Shown here: piece after piece, positions 53,501-61,369 of the stretch | How positions within the stretch are numbered: the stretch's first letter is position 1 | How the letters are laid out: every line of letters begins with the position of its first letter | Source of the DNA: Mobula hypostoma | Lineage: Eukaryota | Reading direction: 5' to 3' | DNA length: 64,000 nucleotides | Assembly: GCF_963921235.1 (NCBI RefSeq) | Contig: NC_086108.1 | Span: 63,738,001-63,802,000, forward strand | The notes under the pieces: model-generated | Database searches by the model: none | What the model was told of the DNA's origin: nothing | Seen by the model: only the letters and a program-made list of their open reading frames with translations | Program-made: the position numbers and the translations under genes

Positions 53501-56167
53501 CTGTTTCTCATTCTTTTCTAGAGCTGCCTTATTGCTGCTGTAAATAGGTAAATCCTCTTTGCATCCTTTATAATTCATCAAGACATCCATAATACACGAG
53601 TCAAATAATACTCTAATTGTTTGTAAGAGCTTTAGGCTGCCTTTTAGATCTTCTTTGCTTGAGAGTCCTTTCCTATCCTTGGCTGTTAACAAGACTAAAA
53701 GTCTTTTATGGGTTCAGAGTTGTTGCTGCATCTTATTAATTTTCACTTGTTCTGCAGTTTTTTGATCCCGACTCTGTACCAATTAGGCAGGCATATACTG
53801 TAAATGCAATGCATTTACTTTGGAATATGATGCACTTATCAGCTAATGAGATTTCCTGCCAGCATTATCAAATTTAATCAGTGTGACGCACATCTGGAGC
53901 ACCACAGAACCAGGCATTGACTCTCTCTATAGGATAATTTTGAAATGTTCACAAAACAGACAGACAAAACATAAGGAATGATGGAGACTCACTAAACTAT
54001 TGTTTCATAATACTCCAAACTGTCCATGTTGTGTTTAATACAGCCAGTAATTTCAATACCATAGGTCCTTCTTTAATAAAGATGTCAAAGGAAGAACTAA
54101 CTTACTGCATACAAGTCCTGCCTGGTATAGAACAGTGGCATTCAAGCTTGAAATGCTTAACTTGTATCCTGGTAAGTAGTAGCTGGAGATGAGTGTCAGG
54201 ATATCTTGGGAATGCCTGAGGTTTCCTTCTTTTTGTCTCCTTTATTCAGCCTGCTTTCCATTTATGGCATGAAAGCAGCCTTTTTCTACCTTGCATTTTA
54301 TTGTTGAAAGGTTCTTTGATAGCCAGATGCGGTGTCATCTTTGAATAATAGCTACCCCTCTTTCATAAGAAAGGCTAAAGGATTCTCAAATGATCGTATG
54401 TATCCACAGGCTAGAATGGCACTGATTAACATGGAAGTTACAGCTGTGGCAATGCAATTAATGACACCTGAAGCAATTATTCAGGTTGTACTCATACAGA
54501 AGGCAAACTGGTAAAATGTGCCTTATCTGCACTGATGAATTCTTTATACATGTAATGGTGTTTGCCTCTTTCAACAAATTACATCTGAAGAAGATTGTTC
54601 TGGTCCCAAAGTGACAACCTTTCTTTATTGCAGTGCCTGTATGTTATTTTTCGGATCAAGTATTTTTTTCTCATTGGGAACTTGAATTCATAATCACCAT
54701 CTGTTTCAAATAATTCCTGTAACCTCTCTGTGTAAAAGTCCATTGCTGAAATCTGTATGCATTCCTTTAAGAACTGGCCACTCTCTATTAAACTTGAAGC
54801 TTCATCAGAATTTCTACTCTCATTGGTACATTCTTCCAGCACTAAGCACAGGTTTCATATCTTATACAGTAAATCCTCACGAGAATCTTCTATACACAAG
54901 GAAAAGTCATACTCACAATTCGATGTTTCATAACTCTATGCAAGGTTAATTGTTATTAGTAGAAATATAATGAAATCATGTTCTTTTTAAAGCAGCAGAC
55001 CAGGAAAATTTCTGCTCTGCATCTTTATAAACATTACTTCTTTTCATTAATAATTAAAATCCTGTACCTGCTCTATGCAATGTGATTTCTTTGGAAGATT
55101 AAACATGCTCTGCACTTACATTTCTGGATCATTAGAATTTCCGGCACTGTCAGATATTTTGAACTCAAAGCTGTCAGATGTCAGATCTATAGAGGGGTTG
55201 ATTATATAGCGAATTTCACGTTTGTCTACATCTTTCTGGGTGAATGTGCCTTGAATGTATTCACCTAAAATAAAATAAGCTCTTCAATGTTACTGGTGAA
55301 AGATGTATTAGTACAATTAATTAACAATTTTACTTGCAAAATAAGGAGGATGTTCGATTTTCCATTCTACAGAGGTGATACCAGTGAGAAAGGAGCTCTG
55401 TTGGATCTCTGCCCGCCTATTGTGTACTGAAAGCAGTATGTTGCCAACATTTTTGTCATGCAGTAATCTCCCTTGAAATGGGGAATGTCTGATTTAAATA
55501 TGAGGAATCATGCAAATCACGCTAAATAAACCACAGCCCCATAACCCCCAATGCTTAGCTTTTGCGTTTACAAAATAAGCAAGTGCCATTTGATGGGGAG
55601 AGAAAACAAAAGAACAAAAATAAAAGGAGAATAGAGCCATAATATTAGGATAACATTTTCATTGATTTTTACTTGGAACCATCTGAACATGATGGGTGGA
55701 GAAGAGAGAAGGTATTTCCTTTATCTATCAGAGATTTTAAGAAAATTGGGCATGTATGCCATTGGACTGATCTAAGCTGGTAAAGTTTACCTGAAAATAT
55801 GAGCAGAAAACCAGAATAAAATAATTTTTGAATAGACAGCTGATTTTGGAATTCCACATTATCAAGAAGTAAAGAAGCACCGCTAGTTGTAAACAACACT
55901 CATAGTTGTTGCAAAATGTTTAAATTATTCTCCAAATTTCACATTTGTTTTAGTCATTTGAATACCTGTATTTATGCTTTCCAAATATCCATAATAAGGT
56001 GGGCGGAGAATCATGTAGACCAACTCTTCATCTTTACTGGTCAGATCTGAGGCCTTTAAGTGGAGTGTGGTGATATAGATACCAAATCGTCCATCTCTCA
56101 GGTTATCAACTGTAGTTGGGCTTTGATTGATCAAGATAAAGGGAGGAGCCTTGTCAAGGTATTCCAC
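8341..56167 (-). CDS. FREM1: FREM1-like (FRAS1-related extracellular matrix protein 1), 3' portion; join of 10 exons: 56167-55966, 55264-55120, 48093-47964, 38058-37986, 28895-28746, 25253-24982, 24332-24180, 11499-11384, 10032-9947, 8549-8341
   Basis: All exons are bounded by AG/GT, phases are compatible, and the total is 1536 nt ending in TAA. Peptides align in order with the recalled vertebrate FREM1 C-terminus (CSPG repeat, Calx-beta, CTLD). Orthologue versus paralogue (frem1b-like) is unresolved. Confidence 0.9.
8783..9350 (-). mobile_element. old CR1 3' fragment
   Basis: [15 protein letters not shown]...TRG peptide and CR1-type 3' UTR. Confidence 0.7.
9385..9600. repeat. inverted (fold-back) pair of Penelope-like terminal repeats
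   Basis: aaatgctggaggaactcagcaggccaggcagcatctatggaaaag (from ~9390) is an imperfect reverse complement of cttttccatatgttctgcctggcc...ctccagcattt (to ~9553). Confidence 0.75.
9947..10032 (-). CDS. FREM1: FREM1-like CTLD exon 2 ([28 protein letters not shown])
   Basis: ttag| acceptor and |gtatg donor, 86 bp; NLVSV..WLW..FWIG motif. Confidence 0.93.
11384..11499 (-). CDS. FREM1: FREM1-like CTLD exon 1 ([38 protein letters not shown])
   Basis: cag| acceptor and |gtgagc donor; CPxGW...HCY...TW..A..AC C-type lectin motif. Confidence 0.93.
11579..13672 (-). mobile_element. young 5'-truncated CR1 LINE; RT intact except one nonsense codon at 12320-12318
   Basis: ORFs 13634-12318 and 12317-11682 are in the same frame (GKG*MHRD versus GKGEVHRD in the 32.6 kb copy); FADD motif present; (TTCTATGT)n tail; 7-bp TSD aattaca at 11572-11578 and 13673-13679. 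Confidence 0.95.
14820..14880 (+). promoter_or_regulatory. putative internal Pol II promoter of the CR1 5' UTR
   Basis: CpG-rich; GGCGGG, NRF1-like TGCGCAGGCG (14831), CRE-like TGACGTC (14843), TATA-like ATTTAAAA (14869). Confidence 0.5.
15042..15977 (+). CDS. CR1 ORF1p: zinc finger, coiled coil and SGNH/GDSL esterase
   Basis: CxxC...Cxx[13 protein letters not shown], and GDS / PGA / GTND / DGLH blocks; ATG at 15042. Confidence 0.92.
   Translation: MTVRAVCCSRCRMWEALESPSLPDVYICAKCIEMQLLRDRVTELELQLDDLRLVRESEEVIERSGRQVVTPGPREADKWVMVRRGKGKSQVMGSTLVAVPLNNRYSCLSTVGGDSLPGGSDSGRASGTESGPVAQKGRARKRRAVVIGDSIVRGSDRRFCGRSPETRMVVCLPGARVRDISDRVQDILKWEGEEPEVVVHIGTNDIGRKRDEVLKGEYRELGRELRKRTAKVVISGLLPVPRDSESRNAMRWRINAWLRDWSRGQGFKFLDHWDLFWGRRDLYKKDGLHLNPRGTNILAGRLAGATEVTLN
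15962..18556 (+). CDS. CR1 ORF2: intact APE endonuclease, RT core deleted, C-terminal domain in frame
   Basis: VNARS, ITETW, VYRPP, GDFN and SDH motifs present; no QG/FADD region; frame open from 15962; first in-frame AUG only at 16613. Confidence 0.88.
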   Translation, partial: GDFKLEWLGGGNQIKEARREEVSSQQRDGNQCRETEGCKVRVEAKSTKEKSKSGRPTNPGQALKRTTFQHNCIRAKRVVKDRLKALCVNARSIRNKVDELKVQIVINDYDIVGITETWLQGDQGWELNVQGYSIFRRDRHEGRGGGVALLVKEEINAIERKDISREDVESIWVELRNTKGQKTLVGVVYRPPNSSSEVGDGIKQEIRNVCNKGTAVIMGDFNLHVDWVNQIGKGAEEEDFLECMRDGFLNQHVEEPTREQAILDWVLSNEEGLISDLVVRGPLGKSDHNMVEFFIKMESDIVNSETKVLNLKRGNFEGMKRELAKIDWQMTLKGLTVDMQWQAFKGCMDELQQLFIPVWQKNKSRKVVHPWLTREIRDSINSKEEAYKLARESGSPEDWEKFRVQQRRTKGLIRKGKKDYERKLAGNIKTDCKSFYRYVKRKRLVKTNVGPLQTETGELIMGSKDMADQLNNYFGSVFTKEDINNLPEIVRDRGSSEMEELSEIHVSRKVVLGKLKGLKADKSPGPDGLHPRVLKEVAQEIMDALVIIFQNSLDSGLVPEDWRVANVTPLFKKGGREKPGNYRPVSLTSVVGKLLESVIKDVITAHLESGEMIRQSQHGFVKGKSCLTNLIEFFEHATSRVDGENQWMWYIWIFKRLLYTIIHQSLKVGMQLQQAVKKANGMLAFIARGFEYRSREVLLQLYKALVRPHLEYCVQFWSPNLRKDILAIEGVQRRFTRLIPGMAGLSYEERLDELGLYSLEFRRLRGDLIETYKILKGLDRLDAGRLFPMLGKSRTRGHSLRIEGKPFRTEIRKNFFTQRVVNLWNSLPQETVEASSLAMLKRELDMALVATGVRGYGGKAGAGF
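19875..20390 (+). mobile_element. Rex1/Babar-type 3' fragment
   Basis: [13 protein letters not shown]...HPLH...[13 protein letters not shown] peptide; (CTATGA)n tail; the same tail occurs alone at ~48285-48340. Confidence 0.75.
21501..21790 (+). mobile_element. endogenous retrovirus RT relic, class III (ERV-L-like)
   Basis: YYIADIML / [37 protein letters not shown]...[24 protein letters not shown] matches the recalled ERV-L pattern HYIDDIML..GWEINPTKIQG..VKFLGVQW..PTTKKEAQRLVGLFGFWRQHI. Confidence 0.7.
21960..23930 (-). mobile_element. old CR1 ORF2 remnant
   Basis: [27 protein letters not shown] and QGLVLG peptides; many indels. Confidence 0.85.
24180..24332 (-). CDS. FREM1: FREM1-like linker exon ([15 protein letters not shown]...NVDQ)
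   Basis: ttttacag| acceptor and CAG|gtagat donor, 153 bp, phase 0-0; resembles FREM1 YHGIVSLKLEDDSFP; the donor is weaker. Confidence 0.7.
24982..25253 (-). CDS. FREM1: FREM1-like linker exon ([10 protein letters not shown]...SPPRGDVPQ...ASSRV)
   Basis: tctctctgcag| acceptor and |gtatg donor, 272 bp open; G-K-C-N-P start and an RGD tripeptide at about the position of the FREM1 linker RGD. Confidence 0.8.
25400..25822 (+). mobile_element. old CR1 3' fragment
   Basis: CR1 3' UTR ending gtgctgttctgttctatgttct. Confidence 0.65.
26055..27420 (+). mobile_element. CR1 3' fragment interrupted by a Tigger-like element
   Basis: [16 protein letters not shown]; the sequence resumes at 27264; (CTATGT) tail. 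Confidence 0.8.
26454..27261. mobile_element. pogo/Tigger-like non-autonomous DNA transposon
   Basis: TA|cagtgggttttggttaattgg ... ccaattaaccagaatccactg|TA: TIRs with TA duplication. Confidence 0.8.
28120..29600 (+). mobile_element. old CR1 3' fragments on both sides of FREM1 exon 28746-28895 (28120-28720 and 28960-29600)
   Basis: Decayed RLGLFSL..RR..GD, LYKxVRPHL..QFW and TRG-type sequence. Confidence 0.6.
28746..28895 (-). CDS. FREM1: FREM1-like exon, end of Calx-beta ([49 protein letters not shown])
   Basis: cag| acceptor and |gtatg donor, 150 bp; KMWNI..DGLEE motif. Confidence 0.93.
30640..31550 (-). mobile_element. CR1 remnant with the ORF1 esterase region joined directly to the 3' end (large internal deletion)
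   Basis: VVIGDS / [13 protein letters not shown] at 31290-31080, abutting [13 protein letters not shown] and the 3' UTR. Confidence 0.7.
31610..33862 (+). mobile_element. Rex1/Babar-like element split by a young CR1
   Basis: Same family as 3127-4428; ttaactca(32265)|...|(33694)gctgacacaactg rejoin; (CAATT)n tail ~33847-33861. Confidence 0.85.
32266..33680 (-). mobile_element. young 5'-truncated CR1 (third copy of the young family)
   Basis: ORFs 33639-33454, 33453-32623 and 32638-32336 are near-identical in sequence to those of 11579-13672. Confidence 0.93.
34250..34552 (-). mobile_element. tRNA-derived SINE
   Basis: Head gtggccaagtggttaaggc (A box) ... gagttcgagccc (B box), then a gtgtccttgagcaagg body; inserted in the old CR1. 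Confidence 0.75.
35233..36317 (-). mobile_element. internally deleted hAT transposon with a transposase C-terminal dimerisation remnant
   Basis: 8-bp TSD ctgatcac (35225-35232 and 36318-36325); TIR caatgtactctctaa / ttagagggaacatag; [23 protein letters not shown] peptide. Confidence 0.9.
37986..38058 (-). CDS. FREM1: FREM1-like exon, Calx-beta ([25 protein letters not shown])
   Basis: ctatag| acceptor and |gtaag donor, 73 bp; GxDF...LIQFDPG motif. Confidence 0.92.
38351..39397 (+). mobile_element. non-autonomous retroelement-like repeat (unclassified)
   Basis: Starts with YY1-like AAGATGGCG, has an internal diverged ~95-bp duplication (~38740 and ~38930), and ends tgataataaatgtattttgaatcttgaa. 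Confidence 0.45.
39480..40155. mobile_element. Penelope-like terminal repeats in inverted arrangement
   Basis: Same terminus as 1771 (minus) up to ~39945, followed by a plus-strand copy of the terminus. Confidence 0.6.
41186..41223 (-). ncRNA. minimal hammerhead ribozyme motif (decayed) in a PLE terminus
   Basis: Minus strand reads ccaguc CUGAUGA aggguc uu ggucc GAAA uguc aacc. Confidence 0.5.
41268..42388 (-). mobile_element. Rex1/Babar-like element
   Basis: [37 protein letters not shown] peptide; (AATTG)n tail as read on the + strand. Confidence 0.85.
42955..43250 (+). mobile_element. decayed V-SINE/HE1-like SINE
   Basis: tgtgtggagtttgtacattcccc...ggtgtgcaggttcc...cctaaagatgtg resembles the V-SINE core. 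Confidence 0.45.
44416..45999 (+). mobile_element. Tc1-family DNA transposon (long IR/DR-type TIRs) with a decayed transposase
   Basis: TA|cagtgcctataaaaagtattcacc ... ggtgaatactttttacaggcactg|[45 protein letters not shown] and [11 protein letters not shown] motifs. Confidence 0.93.
45793..45916 (+). repeat. exact 62-bp tandem duplication in the right TIR of Tc1
   Basis: aatttgaagaggtttgtattc...gtcaaaaatgcaa occurs at 45793 and again at 45855. Confidence 0.9.
46327..46970 (+). mobile_element. Penelope-like derivative with inverted terminal repeats
   Basis: Starts acacacaaaatgctggaggaacacagcaggccaggcagcatctatgga; ends tccatagatgctgcctgacctgctgagctcccccagcattttgtgtgt. Confidence 0.75.
46886..46920 (+). 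ncRNA. minimal type I hammerhead ribozyme motif (decayed) in a PLE terminus
   Basis: cagtc CUGAUGA a AGGUC gu GACCU GAAA uguc: core boxes flank a perfect stem II; the 3' arm of stem I is lost. Confidence 0.5.
47964..48093 (-). CDS. FREM1: FREM1-like exon, start of Calx-beta ([43 protein letters not shown])
   Basis: ttcag| acceptor and |gtatgg donor, 130 bp; resembles FREM1 LELKWSHIEW...YEVCENVG. Confidence 0.93.
48498..51692 (+). mobile_element. hAT (Tip100-like) transposon, 5'-internally deleted, interrupted by a solo LTR
   Basis: 8-bp TSD gagtgttc (48490-48497 and 51693-51700); TIR cagggccggattaacctagt / actagcttaattcggccctg; [29 protein letters not shown] and [17 protein letters not shown] motifs. 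Confidence 0.95.
49313..50543 (-). mobile_element. solo LTR (Gypsy-like)
   Basis: TG...CA ends; 5-bp TSD tgatc (49308-49312 and 50544-50548); removing it restores the hAT frame ([14 protein letters not shown]); low-complexity ggactggac repeats inside. Confidence 0.85.
52070..52720 (+). mobile_element. V-SINE-like element with a second SINE nested at ~52150-52520
   Basis: tRNA-like head at 52070-52140; gggtgctccggttt..cccacattccaaaagac core at ~52570; inner element ends in an aataatgatga tail. Confidence 0.5.
55120..55264 (-). CDS. FREM1: FREM1-like exon ([47 protein letters not shown])
   Basis: ttttag| acceptor and |gtaagt donor, 145 bp; contains CSPG FTQxD and DSFEF motifs. Confidence 0.93.
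55966..56167 (-). CDS. FREM1: FREM1-like exon, last CSPG repeat ([17 protein letters not shown]...[14 protein letters not shown]...[14 protein letters not shown])
   Basis: ttgcag|GTG acceptor and ACAG|gtatt donor; resembles FREM1 VDQLDKTAP...GIYITSRVLKASD...GHLENTTTG. Confidence 0.92.
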
Positions 56168-57460
56168 CTGCAATTAACATTGTGTCTGTTACTCTTTAAC
56201 CAATGATTCAAAATTATCTTTAGTTCATCATGTTATGATCTATGGGATATCCTTAGTTTCTTACTAGAAAAAAAACATTCAATAGTTTATGTTGGCTTAA
56301 TGTTTTTGATTTTTGATATATATAGAAATTACAATGTCCTTTTTTCAGGATAAACCAAAAATCCCACGCATTCTAAGGTCTCTAACATTTCCTTCAAATT
56401 AGATTTTTTTTCCTGTTCAGATTTGGGTTTTGTGTGTTTAGTTCTTGCTCCATTCAGTTTCCACTTCAAGGTACTGATTTACCAGACAGGAGAAAACTAT
56501 GGTCACAGAGGAGCAATGTGATAGTGAGTGACTGAGGCATGCAGCAAGCTTTGAGATTGTTGATGAATGGAAAATTCGAGGATGGGTTTACTGGAATTAC
56601 ATATGGATGAGGTTTGTTTTTTTTTACAGACACCTCTGTGGAAAGGGTCTGTCCAGGTTGTCTCTTCCCTGATAAATCAAGCCACAGGAAGTTGCATTGA
56701 AAAGCTGGCCATTTCTCTTGGGTATTCCAATTAACTTTGCTTGCACTAGTGCTTCTATACATAACTAGACCAATGGTTGCTGCCACAGCTGCTCCTGGAG
56801 AATCATGGGGAATCCTCACCAGTAGACTGGAGCATCTCTGCTTGTGACCATAAGAAACTGTGGTGAGTTGTCGACACAGCTCAACTCCTCATGGAAACAT
56901 GCCTCCTCTCAATGGATTCTGTCCATACTTCTCACTGCCAGTACAGATAAAGATCCCACCCACCACAGATATTCTCTCTTCTCCCCTCTTTCATTGGGCA
57001 GAAAAGCCTGAAAGCAAAGCAAGGACAGCTTCTCACCCACTGACTATTAAATAGTTTCCTAGTACAAGAAGTTGGATGCTTGACCTTACTATCTACAGTA
57101 CCTTGTTAAGATCTTGCATCTTATTGTTTACTTGCACTGCACTTTCTCTGTAGCTGTTACATGTTATTCTGCATTGTTATTGTTTTACCTTGCACTACCT
57201 CAATGTACTGTGTAGCGATCTGGTTGTATGAACAGTAAGCAAGACAACGTTTCACTGCATCTCTTTACATGTGATAAATAAGAAACCAATTCTAATTCCA
57301 ATGGGCTGAAGGGCCAGAGAAGAGGCATCGAAGAAGTGGTGGATATTGGAGGTTAATTACTGTCCCATTGAGAGAGGGCAGCAGGTTCAACGTCCATGGA
57401 GCCACTGGTGCCCCCCAAGGGCAATCCCTGTTGTTCCTTAAAGTTGCTGTGTCACTGTGA

Positions 57461-57642
57461 GTCTTGCTGTTCAGTACCATCCACAGCCATCGTGTCAGAA
57501 GACAAGACCTCCATGGTGGTCTTGCTGTTCAGTACCATCCACAGCCATCATGTCAGAAGACAAGACCTCCATGGCGGTCTTGCTGTTCAGTACCATCCAC
57601 AGCCATCGTGTCAGAAGACAAGACCTCCATGGTGGTCTTGCT
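57461..57642 (+). repeat. 58-bp tandem repeat, about 3.1 copies
   Basis: gtcttgctgttcagtaccatccacagccatc(g/a)tgtcagaagacaagacctccatgg(t/c)g starting at 57461, 57519 and 57577, partial at 57635. Confidence 0.95.
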
Positions 57643-57779
57643 CAGCTTGCAGAACAGTTGTCTGAAGACTTACTCAGCACCCATGGATGACTTCTGTTTG
57701 TCCCCAGTGGACATAACTTCCAGTCCTATGCTGGAAATGATGTGCTATGGCCTAAACCCTGTGCAGTTTGGTATTCAAA

Positions 57780-58460
57780 AGTACAAAGTTCAAAGCAAAA
57801 TTTATTATTAGTGTACATGCGTGTCACCACATGCAACCCAAAGATTCTTTTCGCTGTGGGCGTATGTAGCAAGTCTATAGAACAGTAAGTCTAAACAGGA
57901 TTAATGTACAATAAACTGTGAGAATGCTATTATAAATAAATAGCAATAAATAATGAGTATGGAATAACATGAAATGAAAGAGCATGAAATAACAAGATAA
58001 AGAGTCCTTAAGGTGAGACCATTGTTTGTGGGAACAGCAGAAATAGAATGTAGTTGCCCCTTTTGTTCAAGAAGCTGATGGTTAAGAGGTAGAAACTGTT
58101 CATGAACGTGGGTGCGAGTCCTGAGGCCCTTGTACCTTCTACCAGATGGCAGAAGCAAGAAAAGAGCTTGGCCGGGCGTTGGGGATCTTTGATCATGGAT
58201 GCAGCTTTTCTTTGACAGCATTTCATGTGCGGTAGATGTGCTCACTAGTTGGGAGGGCTTTACCTGTGATGAACTTGGCCAAATCCACTACCTTTTGTAG
58301 AATTTTCTGCTCAAAGTCATTGGTGTTCCTGTATCAGGCCATAATGCAGCCACTCAGCACACTTTCCACCACATACCTATAGAAGTTTGCCAAGGGTTTT
58401 GATAAAATGCCGAATCTCCATTGACTCCTGAGGAAGTAGAGGCACTGCTGTGCTTCACGG
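57780..58460 (-). mobile_element. Rex1/Babar-type 3' fragment
   Basis: AASMIKDP..LFLLLPSGRRYKGLRTRT..FMNSFY peptide. Confidence 0.7.
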
Positions 58461-60264
58461 GCAATATAACAGGCAGGCAGTTGGATGCATCAAATTTAAC
58501 ATCAGCCACAATTCACAGTTTTTTACTCATTTTACCCAAATTCTGTATCAGGAAAACTTACTTGTGCTCTTGGCCTCCATAAAATGGCACTAATATAACC
58601 CATGTTTGCCTTTACTGCAAACATGTGTTCAATGTTCACCTTTGCGTTTTATATTGTTGTCCCCAATTTACGCATGTGTCAGCCTCTGAGCTGGTAGCTG
58701 CAAGTGTGAAATTGAGTGACAATGCATCATCATCCCGGTCTTCCTTATGCTTGGCTCGGTTACAATTCCTGGGTATCCGTAAGGATACTGGTGCAAAGTA
58801 AAGCTGGTGGTGAAGGGTGTAGAAGCGGGCAGGTTCGGGTTTCCATCCTCTGCAGCACACAGACCAAGGAAGGATGATGGAGAATTGCAATGCGAGGAGG
58901 AAGATGTGGTATATCATAGCTTCGACTGCATCTGGTTGTGCACAACCTCATCTTGGAAGTGTGTCAGTGCAAGTGGCTTTTAAGTGTATGGGAGTCAAGG
59001 TTGTTATGGCTGAGTAGCTGGCTACGTGAAGACACTGAGACATGAGCATGAGGTGTGTGGCCACACTAACTTGAAGCAAGCCAGTTCTGTTTGGCAGAAC
59101 TTGTCAGTGGACAAGCAATGGGGATACGTTAACTGAGCAGTGTCTGAGGATAGTGGTGCAAATGTAAAAATAATGTATTTGATTATGTGCTCTTTTGATC
59201 CTGACTAGATAATTGACGTTACTTAACCTATTAACCATGCAACCAGGAACCCAAGGCCAGATATCAGGCAATTATGGCAAGGTTATCTGTACTCTTTATT
59301 TTGCCTCTTGTAGAAACAGGACACTTCTATTCTGCGCCAATATATTAAATACAACATTTAGAACCGACTGAGTCTTTCCTTTCATGCGGTACTATTCTTC
59401 CACGCCTGTCAGGTCAAATATATTTTCTCCAGGAGTCTGAGGATTTCTGCCAACCTCAGGGACCCTCCAGTTCAGAAGGTGCATCTTGGTTTTAAATGGT
59501 GCAGTCTAGCTTTGAAAGGACTCCATTCATGATATTGGCCCTCTCTGATCCATGTTTGCATTGCATTTAAAGGATGTGATTTAACAAGACTCACACACAC
59601 ATTGGCTTCATATTTCCTGGGCTACCTCAGTATTTTCATCTCTCAAATGTCAGGGTTGGACATCTGTTCCTTTCAGGTGTTGAGGAGTTTAATTAGTGTG
59701 CTACAAAATGTCAGTACTTGCGGAATAAGAAACAGTAAAATTTAGGAACTAATCTGCTTCAAGTTTAATTTTTTAATCAAAGTGTACAAGATGAATTTAT
59801 ATGAAAATGGAAGGGTATATTGTAGAAATCACTGGGCAATGTCAGGTAACATGTAAAAGAAAAGCAGATTTACCCAGTAATTAGCCAACAGGTGAATGGG
59901 ATCCAGAGGTATCTAATTGAATGAATATTTCTTACATTTCATGTTGGAAGCAAGGCCAGTGACCTGAACTGATAACTCTGAATTTCTCTCTCCACAAATG
60001 CTGCCTGATCTGCAAGGTATTTCCAGCACTCTCTGCTTTATTTCAGATTTTCAGCAGGTACAGTTTTTTTTTAGATTTTGATGAATGAATGTTTATATAT
60101 TTAACCTAGACTAAGCATCTTCACAGGAATCAATGAGAAAGTTCCCTCTCATTGTCTGGAGAATGCTAGGAAAAATCTTTTTCTGACATTCCTGGAAATA
60201 CTCCAAGAATATGCAACGTTTGTGTATGTAGAATTAACTCAAGAAAGACTGGGAATACTTGGAT

Positions 60265-60830
60265 AGCAATTTGCATTTACAGAATACCTTTAAATAGCAA
60301 AATGTCCGAAGGTGCTTCAAAGACAATATCAAACAAAAATTGACAGAGTCAGGCAAGAGATAAAGAGGGAACTGACAAAAATGTTTATCAAAGAGGCAGG
60401 TTTCAAGGAGTATCTTAAAGGAGCAAAGAGGCTTGAGAGTTGAAGAGTTTAGGAAGGTTAATTTCAGAGCTGAGGGTGGACAACTGCTGAAGATGAAATA
60501 ATTAAAATCTGAGATGACAAGTCAAATAAGCTGGGGGGGCGTGCTGCAGATATCTCCAATGCTATCTCTGAGACAGAGAGGGGCTCAGGTGGCAAAAAAG
60601 TTAGAAAATATGAAAATTTGAATATTCAAAGAATGAGAAATTGCTTAACTGTGTGTTTTTGGAAGCTGAGGGAAAGGGCAGTTGAGAACAGAATGGCATC
60701 ATATTTGTGGAGGTTGGGTTGGGAAAGGTTGTTACTGGAATGGTCAAGTCTATAAATAACTAAAGAATGGATAAGAATTTCAGCAGGAAGGAAGCCAAGG
60801 TAGAGGAATAGTCAAATAATGTTTCACAGA
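60265..60830 (-). mobile_element. old L2/CR1-type LINE 3' fragment
   Basis: ttgcatttacagaatacctttaa...aatgtccgaaggtgcttc resembles an L2-type tail in reverse; heavily decayed. Confidence 0.4.
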
Positions 60831-61369
60831 GCTGTAAAAGTTAGGGAAAATGGGCTTTTCCTACCAAGTCATCTTTCCTAATACAGTACTGGCTGGTGGC
60901 AGTCTCACTCAGTGTTAACCTTGGTCCTTGGTCCCCCACAATAGGAGGAGGCAAGAAATCTTTCACAGCAATTAGAAAGGCAATTTATTGAAACATCTGA
61001 TTTATGTAGCTACTGAAATCTACCCTTCATTATACTAAACTACTGCCAGGACAGTGAATGTCAAAGAAAGTGACATATCCTTTTGGGTACTATTCATCTG
61101 CAAGCCTAGTCCTCCGTATGCCTTATACCTAACACCATGAGAGTGTAAAGGCCTGATTAAATCCAGGTGCACTTGCTGCAGAAGTTGGCAGAAAATGCTC
61201 TGGGACACAAAAATCCACCCATTCCAGCCTTCAGCTTTGATGAGAATGCATTTCAGCAATCTCCCACTCACTAAGCAACTGGCTATGCTTTCTATTCTGA
61301 ATTCTATATCCAAGCCAAATTACACAGGGGCATGCAATAAAAGCACCCATTGATTTTTAAGATCACTAT

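Noticed and set aside
57461..57642. CRISPR-like array
   Set aside because: Pure tandem repeat with no unique spacers; vertebrate DNA with no cas genes.
56466..61313. Upstream FREM1 exon within ORFs 56466-56819 or 61035-61313
   Set aside because: No CSPG-repeat motifs; the next exon is probably beyond the window.
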